From positions 350,885 through 414,884 of the forward strand of contig CAVQTI010000014.1 in NCBI GenBank assembly GCA_963716405.1: a DNA stretch of 64,000 nt. The letters run 5' to 3'. The DNA comes from an uncultured Acidobacteriota bacterium. Its GTDB lineage: Bacteria; Acidobacteriota; Terriglobia; Terriglobales; Acidobacteriaceae. Below the pieces are notes generated by a model. That model saw only the letters and a list, made by a program, of their open reading frames with translations, had not been told where the DNA came from and made no database searches. The translations under genes were made by a program, and so were the position numbers. This document shows positions 1 through 10,102 of this stretch, piece after piece (the stretch's first letter is position 1; every line of letters starts with the position of its first letter).

Positions 1-472
1 CAATACGCTTCTCGGAAAGCTGGAAGATGGCGGCTTCAGCGTCATTCAGGATTTCTTCGGCAGGGTCGCTCTGATCGGAAGCGCGCGTGATGGCGGCATT
101 TGCGGCGTGAATCAGTCCCCGCAGCAGCGCCTTGTCGCGGACGATCTTGATGTAATGCTCAATGCTCGGCCGGTCGGGAACGCCGTCAACCAATCCAGAG
201 ATATAACCGACATCGCCAATCGCCTCCAATTCCTTGCGGCGATCCAGTTCTTCGACCAGCGTAATCATGTCGATCGGCCGCGACGATTCGGCCAGATCAA
301 CCATGCGGGTGAAAATGCGGCGGTGCGAGTCGAGCGAGAAGTCCTCCGGTTTCAGATGCTCGGCGGCTTCGTTGTAGGCGAGATTGTCGAGCATGATCGC
401 GCCCAAGATCGAGCGCTCGGCTTCGACATTCGCCGGCAGGCTGTGCGCGAGACTGTAATCAGTGGTTGCCAT
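1..472 (-). CDS. dnaB: replicative DNA helicase DnaB, N-terminal part (gene runs off the left edge)
   Basis: Absent from the ORF track because it has no stop in the window. Reverse complement from the ATG at 472-470 reads MATTDYSLAHSLPANVEAERSILGAIMLDNLAYNEAAEHLKPEDFSLDSHRRIFTRMVDLAESSRPIDMITLVEEL..., a canonical DnaB N-terminal domain. The listed 107..487 + ORF is its antisense shadow. Confidence 0.9.
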   Translation of the reverse strand, partial: MATTDYSLAHSLPANVEAERSILGAIMLDNLAYNEAAEHLKPEDFSLDSHRRIFTRMVDLAESSRPIDMITLVEELDRRKELEAIGDVGYISGLVDGVPDRPSIEHYIKIVRDKALLRGLIHAANAAITRASDQSDPAEEILNDAEAAIFQLSEKRI

Positions 473-483
473 GAAGCTTTCTT

Positions 484-580
484 GTAGCGCCGGCATCCTG
501 CCGGCTGTCGCGAGGGCATCTTGCCCTCGCCGGTGGGGGCGAGGACGCCCCCACGACAGCCGCCGGGACGGCGGCGCTAC
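484..580. repeat. Family A palindromic interspersed repeat, full copy (GTAGCGCCGGC..CGGCTGTCG arms with two internal hairpins)
   Basis: Arms GTAGCGCCGGCATCCTGCCGGCTGTCG and CGACAGCCGCCGGGACGGCGGCGCTAC are imperfect inverted repeats. Inner hairpins are CGAGGGCAtctTGCCCTCG and TGGGGGCGaggaCGCCCCCA. Related copies lie at 23573, 26335 and 40649. Confidence 0.85.
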
Positions 581-801
581 GAAAACGCGAGAGCGATACT
601 CTCACGACGTAGTTGTGAATTCGCAGTGGCGTCTTCGGAAAACGAAGCACAAACAAAAATAATTCTGGCGGTCGAGTTGCGCGCTTTCATGCGGCGAAGT
701 ATAGGAGAAATAAAAGCGAAGATCAACAGAGGAATCTACGAAATAATTATTCGCAAGGTTTTAGCTTTAATCCGCGTAATCCGTGGCCAAGAATTCTGTC
801 C

Positions 802-841
802 AAAAAATAAAATGCGGCCGGGCCAGCCACCCGACCGCATT
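802..841 (-). terminator. rho-independent terminator (minus strand)
   Basis: Minus strand reads AATGCGGTCGGG-tggctggc-CCGGCCGCATT followed by TTTATTTTTT. The stem is GC-rich and a U-tract follows. Confidence 0.55.
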
Positions 842-1280
842 GCTTTGTGTATGTCCAGCGCGCCCTTTTCAAATCACGATCCACGGACCTAAGCCCGCGT
901 TCCGCAACTTGCAATGATTGCTCAAGCTAAGCGGTTCAGTCCTTCCAATGCGTGGGACTCTACGAGGAGGTCGCGACGCCAAGGTATCCCCAACGCGCAT
1001 CACGCATCTTCAGAAACTGCTTCCGTCGATTCACCCTCGAGAACCGCCGGAAGCGCCCGCTCTGTTGCAATCCGTAGCGTTCAAGACATCTCACGTTTGC
1101 ACTGGCGATACTTTGCTTGAAGAGCAGAATCGCCGCAAGAGAAAATCGATGCCCGGTTGTGAACAAACTGTGGAGGACAGAATTTCTTTGTGGAAACCGC
1201 AGGAAAACGCGGCGTTTTGTTTTGAAGGGAAGCAATGTTTTGACCCAACAGCACCTGAAGACGCTGCCGAAAAAACAATT

Positions 1281-1448
1281 GATTCGTATCAGGGTATGCC
1301 TTCAGGCATACCGTAAGTCTGAAAATAGGTTCGGCTTCAGCCGCTGGGTTCGTGTTCCTCGGGCGAGCAGCGTTTCCCGCAGCGCCTGAAGGCGCGACGA
1401 ACTTTGAAGCATTTACGGCACCGCTGAAGCGATGCCCTGATACGAATC
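1281..1448. repeat. MITE-like element with perfect 14-bp terminal inverted repeats and four internal tetraloop hairpins
   Basis: GATTCGTATCAGGG (1281-1294) and CCCTGATACGAATC (1435-1448) are exact reverse complements. Inside are GGTATGCC-ttca-GGCATACC (1293-1312), a CGGC-ttca-GCCG hairpin, a GCGCC-tgaa-GGCGC hairpin and GGCACCGC-tgaa-GCGATGCC. Confidence 0.65.
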
Positions 1449-1522
1449 GACCGTTTTTCGACAGCGGCAGAGTTACGTTTCAAAATTCGGAGCGGATGAT
1501 TTGTTTTTCTACCGTGGCGTTA

Positions 1523-4500
1523 TTAATCCACGTGCTCCCCGACGTCGAATCCTTCTTCTGCCATCGGCAGCACGTCGCGTTCGCCAGCCACCCACACGTA
1601 AAGCGTGGGCAAAAGAAAAACGCTGATGATGAGGGCCGCAATCAGACCTCCCACAATAACAATTGCGAACGGCCGCTGAGAATCTGAACCGATAGCATGC
1701 GATAGAGCCGCGGGCAACAGTCCAAGAGTTGCCACCAGCATGGTCATCATGATCGGACGCAGCCTCATCACCGCGCCTTCCACTGCGGCATCTTCCACGG
1801 CGAACCGTCGAGCGCGAAGCTGGTTGATGTATTCGAGCATGATGACTCCGGTTTGCACCGAGACGCCGAACAGCGCCAGAAAACCTACGCCGGAGGACAC
1901 ACTGAAGTTGGTGCCGGTGATCAGAAGAGCCAGCAGGCCGCCAATGGGTGCGATGGCGACAGTTGCCATAATCAAGAGCGCCCATTTGAAGGATTTGAAC
2001 ATGGTGTACAGGATGATGAAGATGATGAGCACGGTGATGGGAAGCACGATCAGCAGGCGCTCGTTGGCTCGCTTCTGGCTGGCATATTCGCCCTCCCAGT
2101 GGAGAGTGTAGCCGGTGGGCAATTTAACCTGCTGGTTTACTTTACTGATCGCTTCTTCCACGGTGCTGCCGAGGTCACGTCCGCGGACGCTGTATTTAAT
2201 GGCAACGTAACGGCGATTGCCTTCGCGATAAACTTCCGAAGCGCCATCGGTCACGCTGATTTTGCAAAGCTGGGCCAGCGAGACGCGTTCACCGGTGGGC
2301 GACAGCAAACGAATCCGTTCGATCGCATCTCGCGTATCGCGATATTTCGGCAGGTAACGCAGCGTCAAATCGTATCGCGCCTCACCTTTTAGAACCTGAG
2401 TGAGCGCGTTTCCTCCGACTGCCGTTTGAACCGCATCCTGGACATCTGCGACATTGATCTGGTAGCGAGCAGCCTGCACACGATCAACAGCTATATTCAG
2501 ATTGGGCTGACCTAGAACGCGGAAAACTCCAAGATCCTCGACGCCCTTTAATTCCGCGCATGACAGTGACCACCTCATCGGCCTTTTCCTCCAGAAGTCG
2601 CAAGTCGTCGCCGTAGATCTTGGTTGCCAGCGCGCCCTTTACGCCGCTCACCGCTTCTTCCATGTTGTCTTCGATCGGTTGCGAGAAGCCCCAGACGACA
2701 CCAGGAATTTTGTCCAGTTCGCGCTGCATGGCGGCGATCAACTCGTCTTTGTTCTGGTGAAAGACAGGCCGCCAATCTTCTTTGGGCTTGAGATCGACGA
2801 AGAATTCAGTGTTAAAGAAGCCGGTCGTATCAGTTCCGTCATCCGGCCGCCCAACCTGGCTGGTACATTGCGGAACTTCAGGGAAGGCGCAGAGCATGAT
2901 GCGCGCTTGGTTCGCCACGCGAATGCCTTCATCTGGCCCGGTGCTGGGCGCAAGCGTACCTCGCACCCAGAGCGCGCCTTCATCCAGATGCGGCAGGAAT
3001 TCTGAACCGATAGCCCCGCCGAACGCGAGGTAACCCGCAAGGCACAGCAGCGCTCCAACAACACCAACGGTAACCAGACGATGCCGGATGGCCGATCGCA
3101 CCGCAACGCGGTACCGCTCAATGATGAAATCCATGACCGGGTTGTGCCATTCCTTTGCGCCCTTGGCAAAAGCGAAACTTGCCAGCACGGGAGCGATGAT
3201 GATCGAAAACAGCAGGGCTCCGAGAAGTGCAAAGGCCACGGTCCATGCCATGGGATGGAAGAGCCGGCCTTCGACTCGCTGCAGGGTGAAAATAGGCAGA
3301 TATGCAGTAATTATTATGGCGATCGCATAAAACACCGGACGCTGAACTTCGTGCGAGGCCTCGCTGATTTTTTCCGCTGGCGTTTTGAGATCGTTGTGCC
3401 GGCCCAGATGGCGGACGATGTTTTCCACCATCACCACGGCGCCATCGACGACCATGCCAAAATCCAAGGCGCCGAGCGATAGCAGGTTGGCGGGAATGTG
3501 CCTGAGGTCGAGGCAAATCGAAGCAAATAGCAATGAGAAGGGAATCGTCGCCGCAACAATCAGCGCTCCTCTGATATTGCCGAGGAACAGGAACAGAATG
3601 ATCGACACCAGAATCATTCCCTCGGTCAGATTATGGAGCACGGTGTGACTGGTGAAGTGAACCAGATCGCTGCGATCGAGAAACGGAACAACTTTCACAC
3701 CCGGCGGCAGAATGTGATTGTTGAGTTCGTCGACTTTTTCGTGAACGCCTTGCAGTGCAGTGTCTGCCGCCGCGCCTTTTCGCAGCAACACGATGCCTGA
3801 GACTACATCGTCGTTATCGATGATTTTTCCGTCTTCGCGGTGAATGGCTCTGGCAAACTGACCGAGTCGAATCTTGGGGCCTTGCGAAACCACGGCAACA
3901 TCTTTCACCCTCAGCGGCGTGCCGCTCTTGGTCATGATGACGGTCTCGGCAATGTCCTGAGAACGGTCGACCAATCCGACAGCGCGCACGTTGATTTGCT
4001 GCAGACCCTCTTCGATGAAGCTTCCTCCGGCATTGCCGTTGTTGCTGGTAAGTTGCTGCTCGATCTGTGCGAGGCTCAAGCCGTATGCGATAAGTTTGTT
4101 AGGGTCAACCCGAACCTGGTATTCGCGCGTCGGACCGCCGAAGCTGGCGACGTCGACGATGTCCGGTACTTGTTTGAAATTCTTTTCGATGACCCAGTCT
4201 TCAATGGATTTCAACTCCATCGGGTCATAAGCCGGATTCGTGCTGTGCAGGGTGAAGAAATAGATCTGGCCGACCGGGCTCCAATCCGTGCCCATTTGTG
4301 GGTTCACGCCCGGCGGCAATGTGACTTGACTTAGCCGTTCCAGAACGCGCTCGCGATTCCAATCGTTATCGGACTCGTCGTCGAAAATTAACTTAAGATC
4401 GGAAAGTCCGAAGAGTGAGAACGAGCGCAAATGCACGACATGCGGGATGCCGTTCATCACGATTTCAAGCGGGATCGTGACTTGCTGCTCAATTTGTTCC

Positions 4501-4673
4501 GCCGAAATTCCCGGCCATTGCGTAATAACTTCGACGTAGTTGTCGGCTACGTCCGGATATGCCTCAATCGGAAGATGACGGAATGCGACAATGCCCCCGG
4601 CAAAAAGAATCAGCGCGAACGCCAGCACCAGCAGGCGGTTGCTGAGAGCAAAGTCAACGACTCGGCGAATCAT
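1523..4673 (-). pseudogene. czcA: CzcA-type heavy-metal efflux RND transporter, reading frame broken once (possible sequencing error)
   Basis: ORFs 2484..4673 (729 aa) and 1523..2578 (351 aa) are the N- and C-terminal parts of one pump of about 1050 aa. ALDFGMVVDGAVVMVENI matches the DFG-DGA-VEN signature of HME-RND pumps. The frames join as ...MRGIKG|VEDLGVFRVLGQPNL... if one C of CCC 2544-2546 is dropped. Confidence 0.85.
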
Positions 4674-5816
4674 TTATTGCTCCACCGTATTTTGCAGTAC
4701 CAAGGCATTCGAAACCACTTGATCTCCCGGTTTGAGTCCGGAAACAACTGTCTGCATATTTCCGGGGAGCATGCTTCCGGTGACTACTTCCTGACGCCGG
4801 AAATGTCCGCCGCCCAGCGGCACGTAAACCCACTCGCGATCGTGCAAGTGCAGAATGGCGGTAGCCGGAACCGCGGCGTAGGTCTGAGGCTGCTTCCCAT
4901 AGAAAGTCGCAGTCACGAACATTCCCACTCGCATGATTCCAGGGTTCGGCACTTCGATTCGTACTTTCGCAGTACGGATGTTGGGATCGAGAACCGGCAG
5001 GATGTTATCGATTCGTCCCTTGAACACTTTGTTGGGATACGCATTCAGGCGGATGTCGGCGGTTTCGCCGACGTGCGCGGCGTCGAGATCGTTTTCGTAA
5101 ACATCGCAAATAATCCAGACATAAGAAAGATCAGAAATGGTGAATGGATTGGGTCCAGACAAGCCTTGAACTCCGCCGGCATTGGTAATGTTCTGATCCG
5201 TGATCACTCCAGAAATTGGAGCTCTGACGTCGACGATGCCCGATGGATGGTCTTTGTCGATTCCAAGAAGCCGCAATTGCTCGGTTGCCGCCTCCAGATC
5301 GGCTTTGGCGTTTTGTGCGACCTCTTCCGCTTGCTCGAGCGCGCTCTTGGCAATCGCCCCTTTGTCGTAGAGGAGTTGGGCTCGCTCGAGTTGAATTCGT
5401 GCCAGGAGTTCATCGTTCACCGCCTTGCGATATGTCTGGAAAGCTCCAGAAACATCGTTGCTCTGCACTCTCAGCAACAACTGCCCTTTCTGTACTTGAT
5501 CGCCAAGCCGGGCTTTGACTTCCACAACGCGTCCCGCGGCCAGCGAGACTACGGGCACGGCGCGTGCGATATCAGGCTGCACTACGCCGGTTACATTCAG
5601 TGCCGGCGCAGCTTTGTATTCGATAGCGGTAGCCAGTGGAAATAGCTCAGGGTGGTCAACCTTAAAGTTGTTGGCATCAAGATCGGACTCGACCTTCGCC
5701 GCTGGCGGCGCCTCGGCTTTCGGATCCGGTTTTTTTTCACCGCAACCGAGCAGCCATAAGCCCAGAGGCAGGCAAAGCACGGCGCTCAGCAACGGACGAG
5801 AAAATCGGCTTCTCAT
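4674..5816 (-). CDS. czcB: efflux RND periplasmic adaptor (membrane fusion protein)
   Basis: 380 aa with a lipoprotein-type signal (LWLLGC) and an HlyD/MFP-like body. Its stop abuts the czcA start. Confidence 0.8.
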   Translation of the reverse strand: MRSRFSRPLLSAVLCLPLGLWLLGCGEKKPDPKAEAPPAAKVESDLDANNFKVDHPELFPLATAIEYKAAPALNVTGVVQPDIARAVPVVSLAAGRVVEVKARLGDQVQKGQLLLRVQSNDVSGAFQTYRKAVNDELLARIQLERAQLLYDKGAIAKSALEQAEEVAQNAKADLEAATEQLRLLGIDKDHPSGIVDVRAPISGVITDQNITNAGGVQGLSGPNPFTISDLSYVWIICDVYENDLDAAHVGETADIRLNAYPNKVFKGRIDNILPVLDPNIRTAKVRIEVPNPGIMRVGMFVTATFYGKQPQTYAAVPATAILHLHDREWVYVPLGGGHFRRQEVVTGSMLPGNMQTVVSGLKPGDQVVSNALVLQNTVEQ

Positions 5817-7084
5817 GGGATCACCTCTCGGCCCACGGCCTCGTTCAACTGAGCTGCAGCCGTCAAATAGGAGCCGACCAAATTCACATAATTCAACTGC
5901 ACGCTGCGGAACTCCGACTGCGCGCTGAGAAAATCCAGCAACGAAGCCCCGCCATGCTGATAAGAAAACATAATTGTGTCGCGCACCCGCACCGACTGTT
6001 GCAGATACTTGGCCTTGTAAGGACGAAGCAGAGTCAGATTGCTGGAAAGCGTTGCGTACCCGGAATCTACATCGCTCAACACGCCGGCTTGGGTAGCATC
6101 GCGCAGTCGCTCGTTGCGCGTGATATCGATTTGGGTGCGCAGTTTCTCTCCTTGATTGCGATCGAAAATGCGCAACGGAATGCTGATACTGGCGCCGACA
6201 GTATTTATGGCAAATGGATTATTGGTAGACGAATTGTGCGTGTACCAGACGCTGAATGTGGGATCCGTTGAGCCATTCGCAACTGCCAGTTTGTGATCGG
6301 TCTGCACTTTATCGATAGCCTGGACGGCCGCTTTTAGATCGGGCCGCGTATCCAACGCGATTTTGCGAACCTCATCCAACGGAAGAAGCTGATCGGTAAA
6401 ATCGAACGTGCCGACGACATCGAATTGATCAATCGGAGTGCGGTCATTCAGCAGCGTGAGTAATTGGATCTTCGCGGTGCGCAGGTTGACCTCGGCGGTT
6501 TGCACGTCAGATTCGTACTGCACCCGCTGTAATTCCAATCGGTCAAGATCGATTTGCGCGATGTCACCTGCCTGAAACCGAACTCGGCTGATTTCGAGCA
6601 CGTGATCGTAGTATTCAAGGTCTGCGGTGGCCAATTGAAGCACCGCTTTTGCCTGCAGTGTTGATACAAACGCACTGCGCAAATTAAAAAGCAGAGTCCG
6701 CTCCAGGTCAGCATGGGTTGATTCGGCGATTAAGGTTGCCTTTTGCTGGCTGTCGCGCCGTAGCTCCCGCTTGTGCTGCCGTTCGTGCAGATAGCTCAGG
6801 CTGGGCGTTTCGAAGGTTCCGGCAAATGGTTTCCAGACGCCTTGATTGGGTGCGATCTGCGTGCCGTCTGCCGACAATGTGAATTGAGGATTGGGACGCA
6901 GGAATGCCGTGATTTCTTCCGCTTTCGATTCATCGATATTCAGCTTGTCAGCCAAAAGCGTAGGATTGGTTGTTTCAAAGCGAGTGCGCACCTGGTCCCA
7001 TGTCAATGCCTGCTGGGCTGCGGCCTTAAGGCCGCAGCCCAGCAGCAGAAAAAGCACGGAATAACGCCAAAGCGTCTGGTTCAT
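5813..7084 (-). CDS. czcC: TolC-family outer membrane efflux protein
   Basis: 423 aa with a signal peptide and TolC/OEP-like repeats. It overlaps the adaptor gene by 4 nt, and the C-B-A gene order matches czcCBA. Confidence 0.8.
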   Translation of the reverse strand: MNQTLWRYSVLFLLLGCGLKAAAQQALTWDQVRTRFETTNPTLLADKLNIDESKAEEITAFLRPNPQFTLSADGTQIAPNQGVWKPFAGTFETPSLSYLHERQHKRELRRDSQQKATLIAESTHADLERTLLFNLRSAFVSTLQAKAVLQLATADLEYYDHVLEISRVRFQAGDIAQIDLDRLELQRVQYESDVQTAEVNLRTAKIQLLTLLNDRTPIDQFDVVGTFDFTDQLLPLDEVRKIALDTRPDLKAAVQAIDKVQTDHKLAVANGSTDPTFSVWYTHNSSTNNPFAINTVGASISIPLRIFDRNQGEKLRTQIDITRNERLRDATQAGVLSDVDSGYATLSSNLTLLRPYKAKYLQQSVRVRDTIMFSYQHGGASLLDFLSAQSEFRSVQLNYVNLVGSYLTAAAQLNEAVGREVIP

Positions 7085-7215
7085 CTCGCACTCACAACCA
7101 TTGAGCGTCGCAATACACGCGACGAAATACGCATCGACTGTATTAACCCCAGGGGCTCACTTCAAACCGGGAAAGATTTCGCCGCCGACTAAAGCGGAGA
7201 ATCCAAAGCACACAT

Positions 7216-7632
7216 TCAGGCAGAAAGAGGCGGGGCGCGAGAGGAGGGCCTGCTGAATCGGATTGGTTCAGGTAAACGGACTCGCATAATGAAGACTTGT
7301 CCGTTGTCTGTATTGTCGCGACCCATCGATGACGGAAACATCAAAGCCGGCAACGCGCCAGCGGTCATAAGCCGGCTCAGAGATTTATCGGCTACGGCTT
7401 GTTTAACCAGCCGCTTCGACGGGCTGGACTCTTCGATCTCTTGCCGCATTGCATGCAGATCATCCGTGGCTGAAACCACCGGGAAAAGCAGCATGAGAAC
7501 GCAGCCGAAAAGCACAATGGGACGAATCCGATCGCAACCTCGACGGTTGTTGCTACAGACCAATTGGTTGCGCCACATCCAGATGGCGGGCAGCGCCAGG
7601 GTCAACCAGAGCAGATTTAACAGTAATTCCAT
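7216..7632 (-). CDS. hypothetical small membrane protein
   Basis: 138 aa with two hydrophobic helices (LLNLLWLTLALPAIWMW, IVLFGCVLMLLFPVV). No family recognised. It is the only plausible ORF directly upstream of czcC. Confidence 0.35.
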   Translation of the reverse strand: MELLLNLLWLTLALPAIWMWRNQLVCSNNRRGCDRIRPIVLFGCVLMLLFPVVSATDDLHAMRQEIEESSPSKRLVKQAVADKSLSRLMTAGALPALMFPSSMGRDNTDNGQVFIMRVRLPEPIRFSRPSSRAPPLSA

Positions 7633-7650
7633 TATTCGATGGAATAGCTT

Positions 7651-7687
7651 AAACGAAAGCGCTCGCGAACAATTTCCACGCGAGCGC
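7651..7687 (-). terminator. GC-rich hairpin plus U-tract (terminator or attenuator, minus strand)
   Basis: GCGCTCGCG (7659-7667) and CGCGAGCGC (7679-7687) form a perfect 9-bp stem. The minus strand continues TTTCGTTT. Confidence 0.45.
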
Positions 7688-7957
7688 TAGCGGTATCACA
7701 AGTTTTGCAGACTATCGAATACAAGTCAATGAAACCCAAGACGTTGTACGTTTGTGTATGTGATGACCGGAACGGCAGTGGTCGCGCCGCTCCTTGCTGG
7801 TTTGTCGCAAAGGGTCTGTGACGGTCACGTGTGGGTCGACAATTGCGACCTTCAAAGAATGGAGCTGAACCAGTCCGACGTAAGCACCCGCCCATTGCGA
7901 AAGAGCCGCAAGGAGCGGGGGCCGCCCGTTGTCAATGTGAGTGAAAGACGGTTCCAC

Positions 7958-10102
7958 CTACTTCGGACTAAAGTCAAATGGAGCCGTTGCGTCAATCTGA
8001 TTGAAGATCGTATTGGATGACGACGACTGTGGCTGCGTGACCGTGAATCCCGTAAGCGAATACAGAACAGCGTTGGCATTCCCTCCGACATCGGCTACCG
8101 GAACCGTGAAGGTTATTGTGCCCGCGCTCGTAAAACTGCCCTGGATCGCGTGAGTGGGTGGGTAGGTCAAGAAAAATCCTTCACCGTTGGCCAGCGTTGT
8201 GGTCTCGCCGTCAAAGAAGGTCGGCGCCTGGCCATTGTCTGATTCCATGGCTGCATAATAAGTGTGGCCCGCTCCGTTCGGGTCGGGAACCTCCCAGCGC
8301 ACCAGCCACGCGGCATCCGTCCCGCCGAGTGTGGGTGAGACTGCCAGCGTGCTGAGGCTCTGCACGTTCAGAGTGAATTTATAGTGCTGTGAATCCGGCA
8401 TAGTGACCGAAGCTTGTTTCAGCATCAGGTTCGCTGATGCCTGTACTGCCTCGCCGTTCGCAGAGTAGATGGCATCGGGCGATCCCGGCGCGTGCCCAGT
8501 GGCTGGCGGGGTGCCGTTTACCTGGCCGACCTTGGCGTAGAGACTCGGGCCCGAGTATTGGCGGTTAAAGCCAATGATCGCTGCGGAAGTCCCGCCACCG
8601 TCTTGATTCACCGCGTCGGCCCAAACCACGTTGGCTTCTCCCTTAAGGCCGATGGTAACGCTGATGAAATCAAGCAATCCGCGGTCCCCACCGGTGGTGC
8701 AGGAAATTCCAAAAGTACAAATCGACCCGTAGTGGTTCGAAACTTCCGATACTAGCGTCGTGGCGAAACTCGGGTTTGGATTGGGCTTTCCATTGACAAT
8801 CGCATTTAAGCTCTGTGCCATCATTACCGACCAATGCGCAGTTATGGCACTCGATCCACACGGCTGGTTCGGGCAAGAGCCGAGCGTCGGAGTCCCATAC
8901 CAAACGATGTCCACGCGTCCGGGATCACCCGCAACAATCCACGGAAACAGACTGGTCTGCAAATTCGGGGTCGCCGCAGTTACGCGAATCGGAGGTCCCC
9001 ACGTCGCGCCATGATTGGTTGAAACCGCCATGTAAATCTGGCTCGAACCGCTCACTTGGCCCGTCGTACCATCGACCGGCGCCTGCGCCCAGGTGACATA
9101 CAGGTTGCCGGCGTCGTCAAGGGTCATGGGTGCAAAATCCTGGCCGACTGTGATTGTGCTGTTTCCCGAAGCATCGAGGGCTCCGACGTAGACAACTTCA
9201 GTGGTGCAAAGCGTAGGCTTCAACTGACACAAGGTTTGCCCGTTCAGAGGAATTGCCGTGGTTTCGTTATATCCATTGGGGAAACGCACGACCACAACTG
9301 CGTTGGTGTTTCCATTCGCATCTGATCCATTAATAATGTTGCCATTCGTACCCACCAACGCAGTATGCGAGATGTAAACCCCACCCTGTGCATCAGTCTT
9401 GATCGCGGAGACGATTCCATCCGGCTCGATCTGCTGCGCTGGAAGAGGCGTGAACGTTACCCCATCCTGCGATCGCGTGAGCTCGACAATATTGCTGCCC
9501 ACTTCGCCCAGGTTCGGTATGCAAGAGCCGATGCACTGTTCGACCTCATCCACCGTCTGGTAAAGTGCGCCACCCGATTGCGGATCGCCATAAGCCGCGA
9601 TCCACGGCCGGTCGACGCCAGTATCGTTGGCCGCATCGCATGTGGTCAGCCAGTTTGCGCCCTGGTCCGAACTCACGCTGTTACTCACGTCCGTCAGCCC
9701 CTGCAGATCGACAAAATAAAGCCGGTTGTTCGTGTCCACCGCCAGCCCGGAGTCGCCGCCACCGGGACAGGTCACAAGCGGCTTCCCGACCGGCGGAGCA
9801 TTGCCCGGCACCAAATGAAAGCTGATCCCGTGATCCGTAGACCGCCAAACGAAACTCGCCGTAGTCAAGAATCCGTAGGGCGTCGAGACATAAATCCGGT
9901 CCTGCCCGTCAATCGAAATGCTGGGCTCGCCAGTGATGCGTTGATTGTCGACGATGACTTCCCGGCCAAAAAGCGGTTTGGAGGCGGCACTCGCGGGCGC
10001 TACCAGCACTATGCCCACCATGGCTGTCAACAAACATGCCAGGATTGAAGGGACAAAAAAAGAATTGAAAACTGCAGGATAGCCGCTGACTGGACGTCGC
10101 AT
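7958..10102 (-). CDS. secreted BNR/Asp-box repeat protein (sialidase-like beta-propeller fold)
   Basis: 714 aa with an N-terminal signal/anchor. Asp-box motifs: STDHGISF, SSDQGANW, SQDGVTF, STNHGATW. Confidence 0.7.
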   Translation of the reverse strand: MRRPVSGYPAVFNSFFVPSILACLLTAMVGIVLVAPASAASKPLFGREVIVDNQRITGEPSISIDGQDRIYVSTPYGFLTTASFVWRSTDHGISFHLVPGNAPPVGKPLVTCPGGGDSGLAVDTNNRLYFVDLQGLTDVSNSVSSDQGANWLTTCDAANDTGVDRPWIAAYGDPQSGGALYQTVDEVEQCIGSCIPNLGEVGSNIVELTRSQDGVTFTPLPAQQIEPDGIVSAIKTDAQGGVYISHTALVGTNGNIINGSDANGNTNAVVVVRFPNGYNETTAIPLNGQTLCQLKPTLCTTEVVYVGALDASGNSTITVGQDFAPMTLDDAGNLYVTWAQAPVDGTTGQVSGSSQIYMAVSTNHGATWGPPIRVTAATPNLQTSLFPWIVAGDPGRVDIVWYGTPTLGSCPNQPCGSSAITAHWSVMMAQSLNAIVNGKPNPNPSFATTLVSEVSNHYGSICTFGISCTTGGDRGLLDFISVTIGLKGEANVVWADAVNQDGGGTSAAIIGFNRQYSGPSLYAKVGQVNGTPPATGHAPGSPDAIYSANGEAVQASANLMLKQASVTMPDSQHYKFTLNVQSLSTLAVSPTLGGTDAAWLVRWEVPDPNGAGHTYYAAMESDNGQAPTFFDGETTTLANGEGFFLTYPPTHAIQGSFTSAGTITFTVPVADVGGNANAVLYSLTGFTVTQPQSSSSNTIFNQIDATAPFDFSPK

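Noticed and set aside
107-892. ORFs 107..487 +, 459..656 -, 462..662 + and 521..892 +
   Set aside because: The first is the antisense shadow of dnaB. The others run through the Family A palindromic repeat, giving Arg/Pro/Gly-rich peptides such as PRDSRQDAGATRK that recur wherever the repeat occurs. They have no coding character outside the repeat.
842-1280. RNase P RNA, tmRNA or SRP RNA in the ORF-free stretch
   Set aside because: The diagnostic cores were not found on either strand by eye. These are GAGGAAAGTCCGGGC and ACAGAAnnCGGCTTA for RNase P, the GGTTCGA T-arm plus CCA end and tag ORF for tmRNA, and GGAAGGAAGCAGC for SRP RNA.
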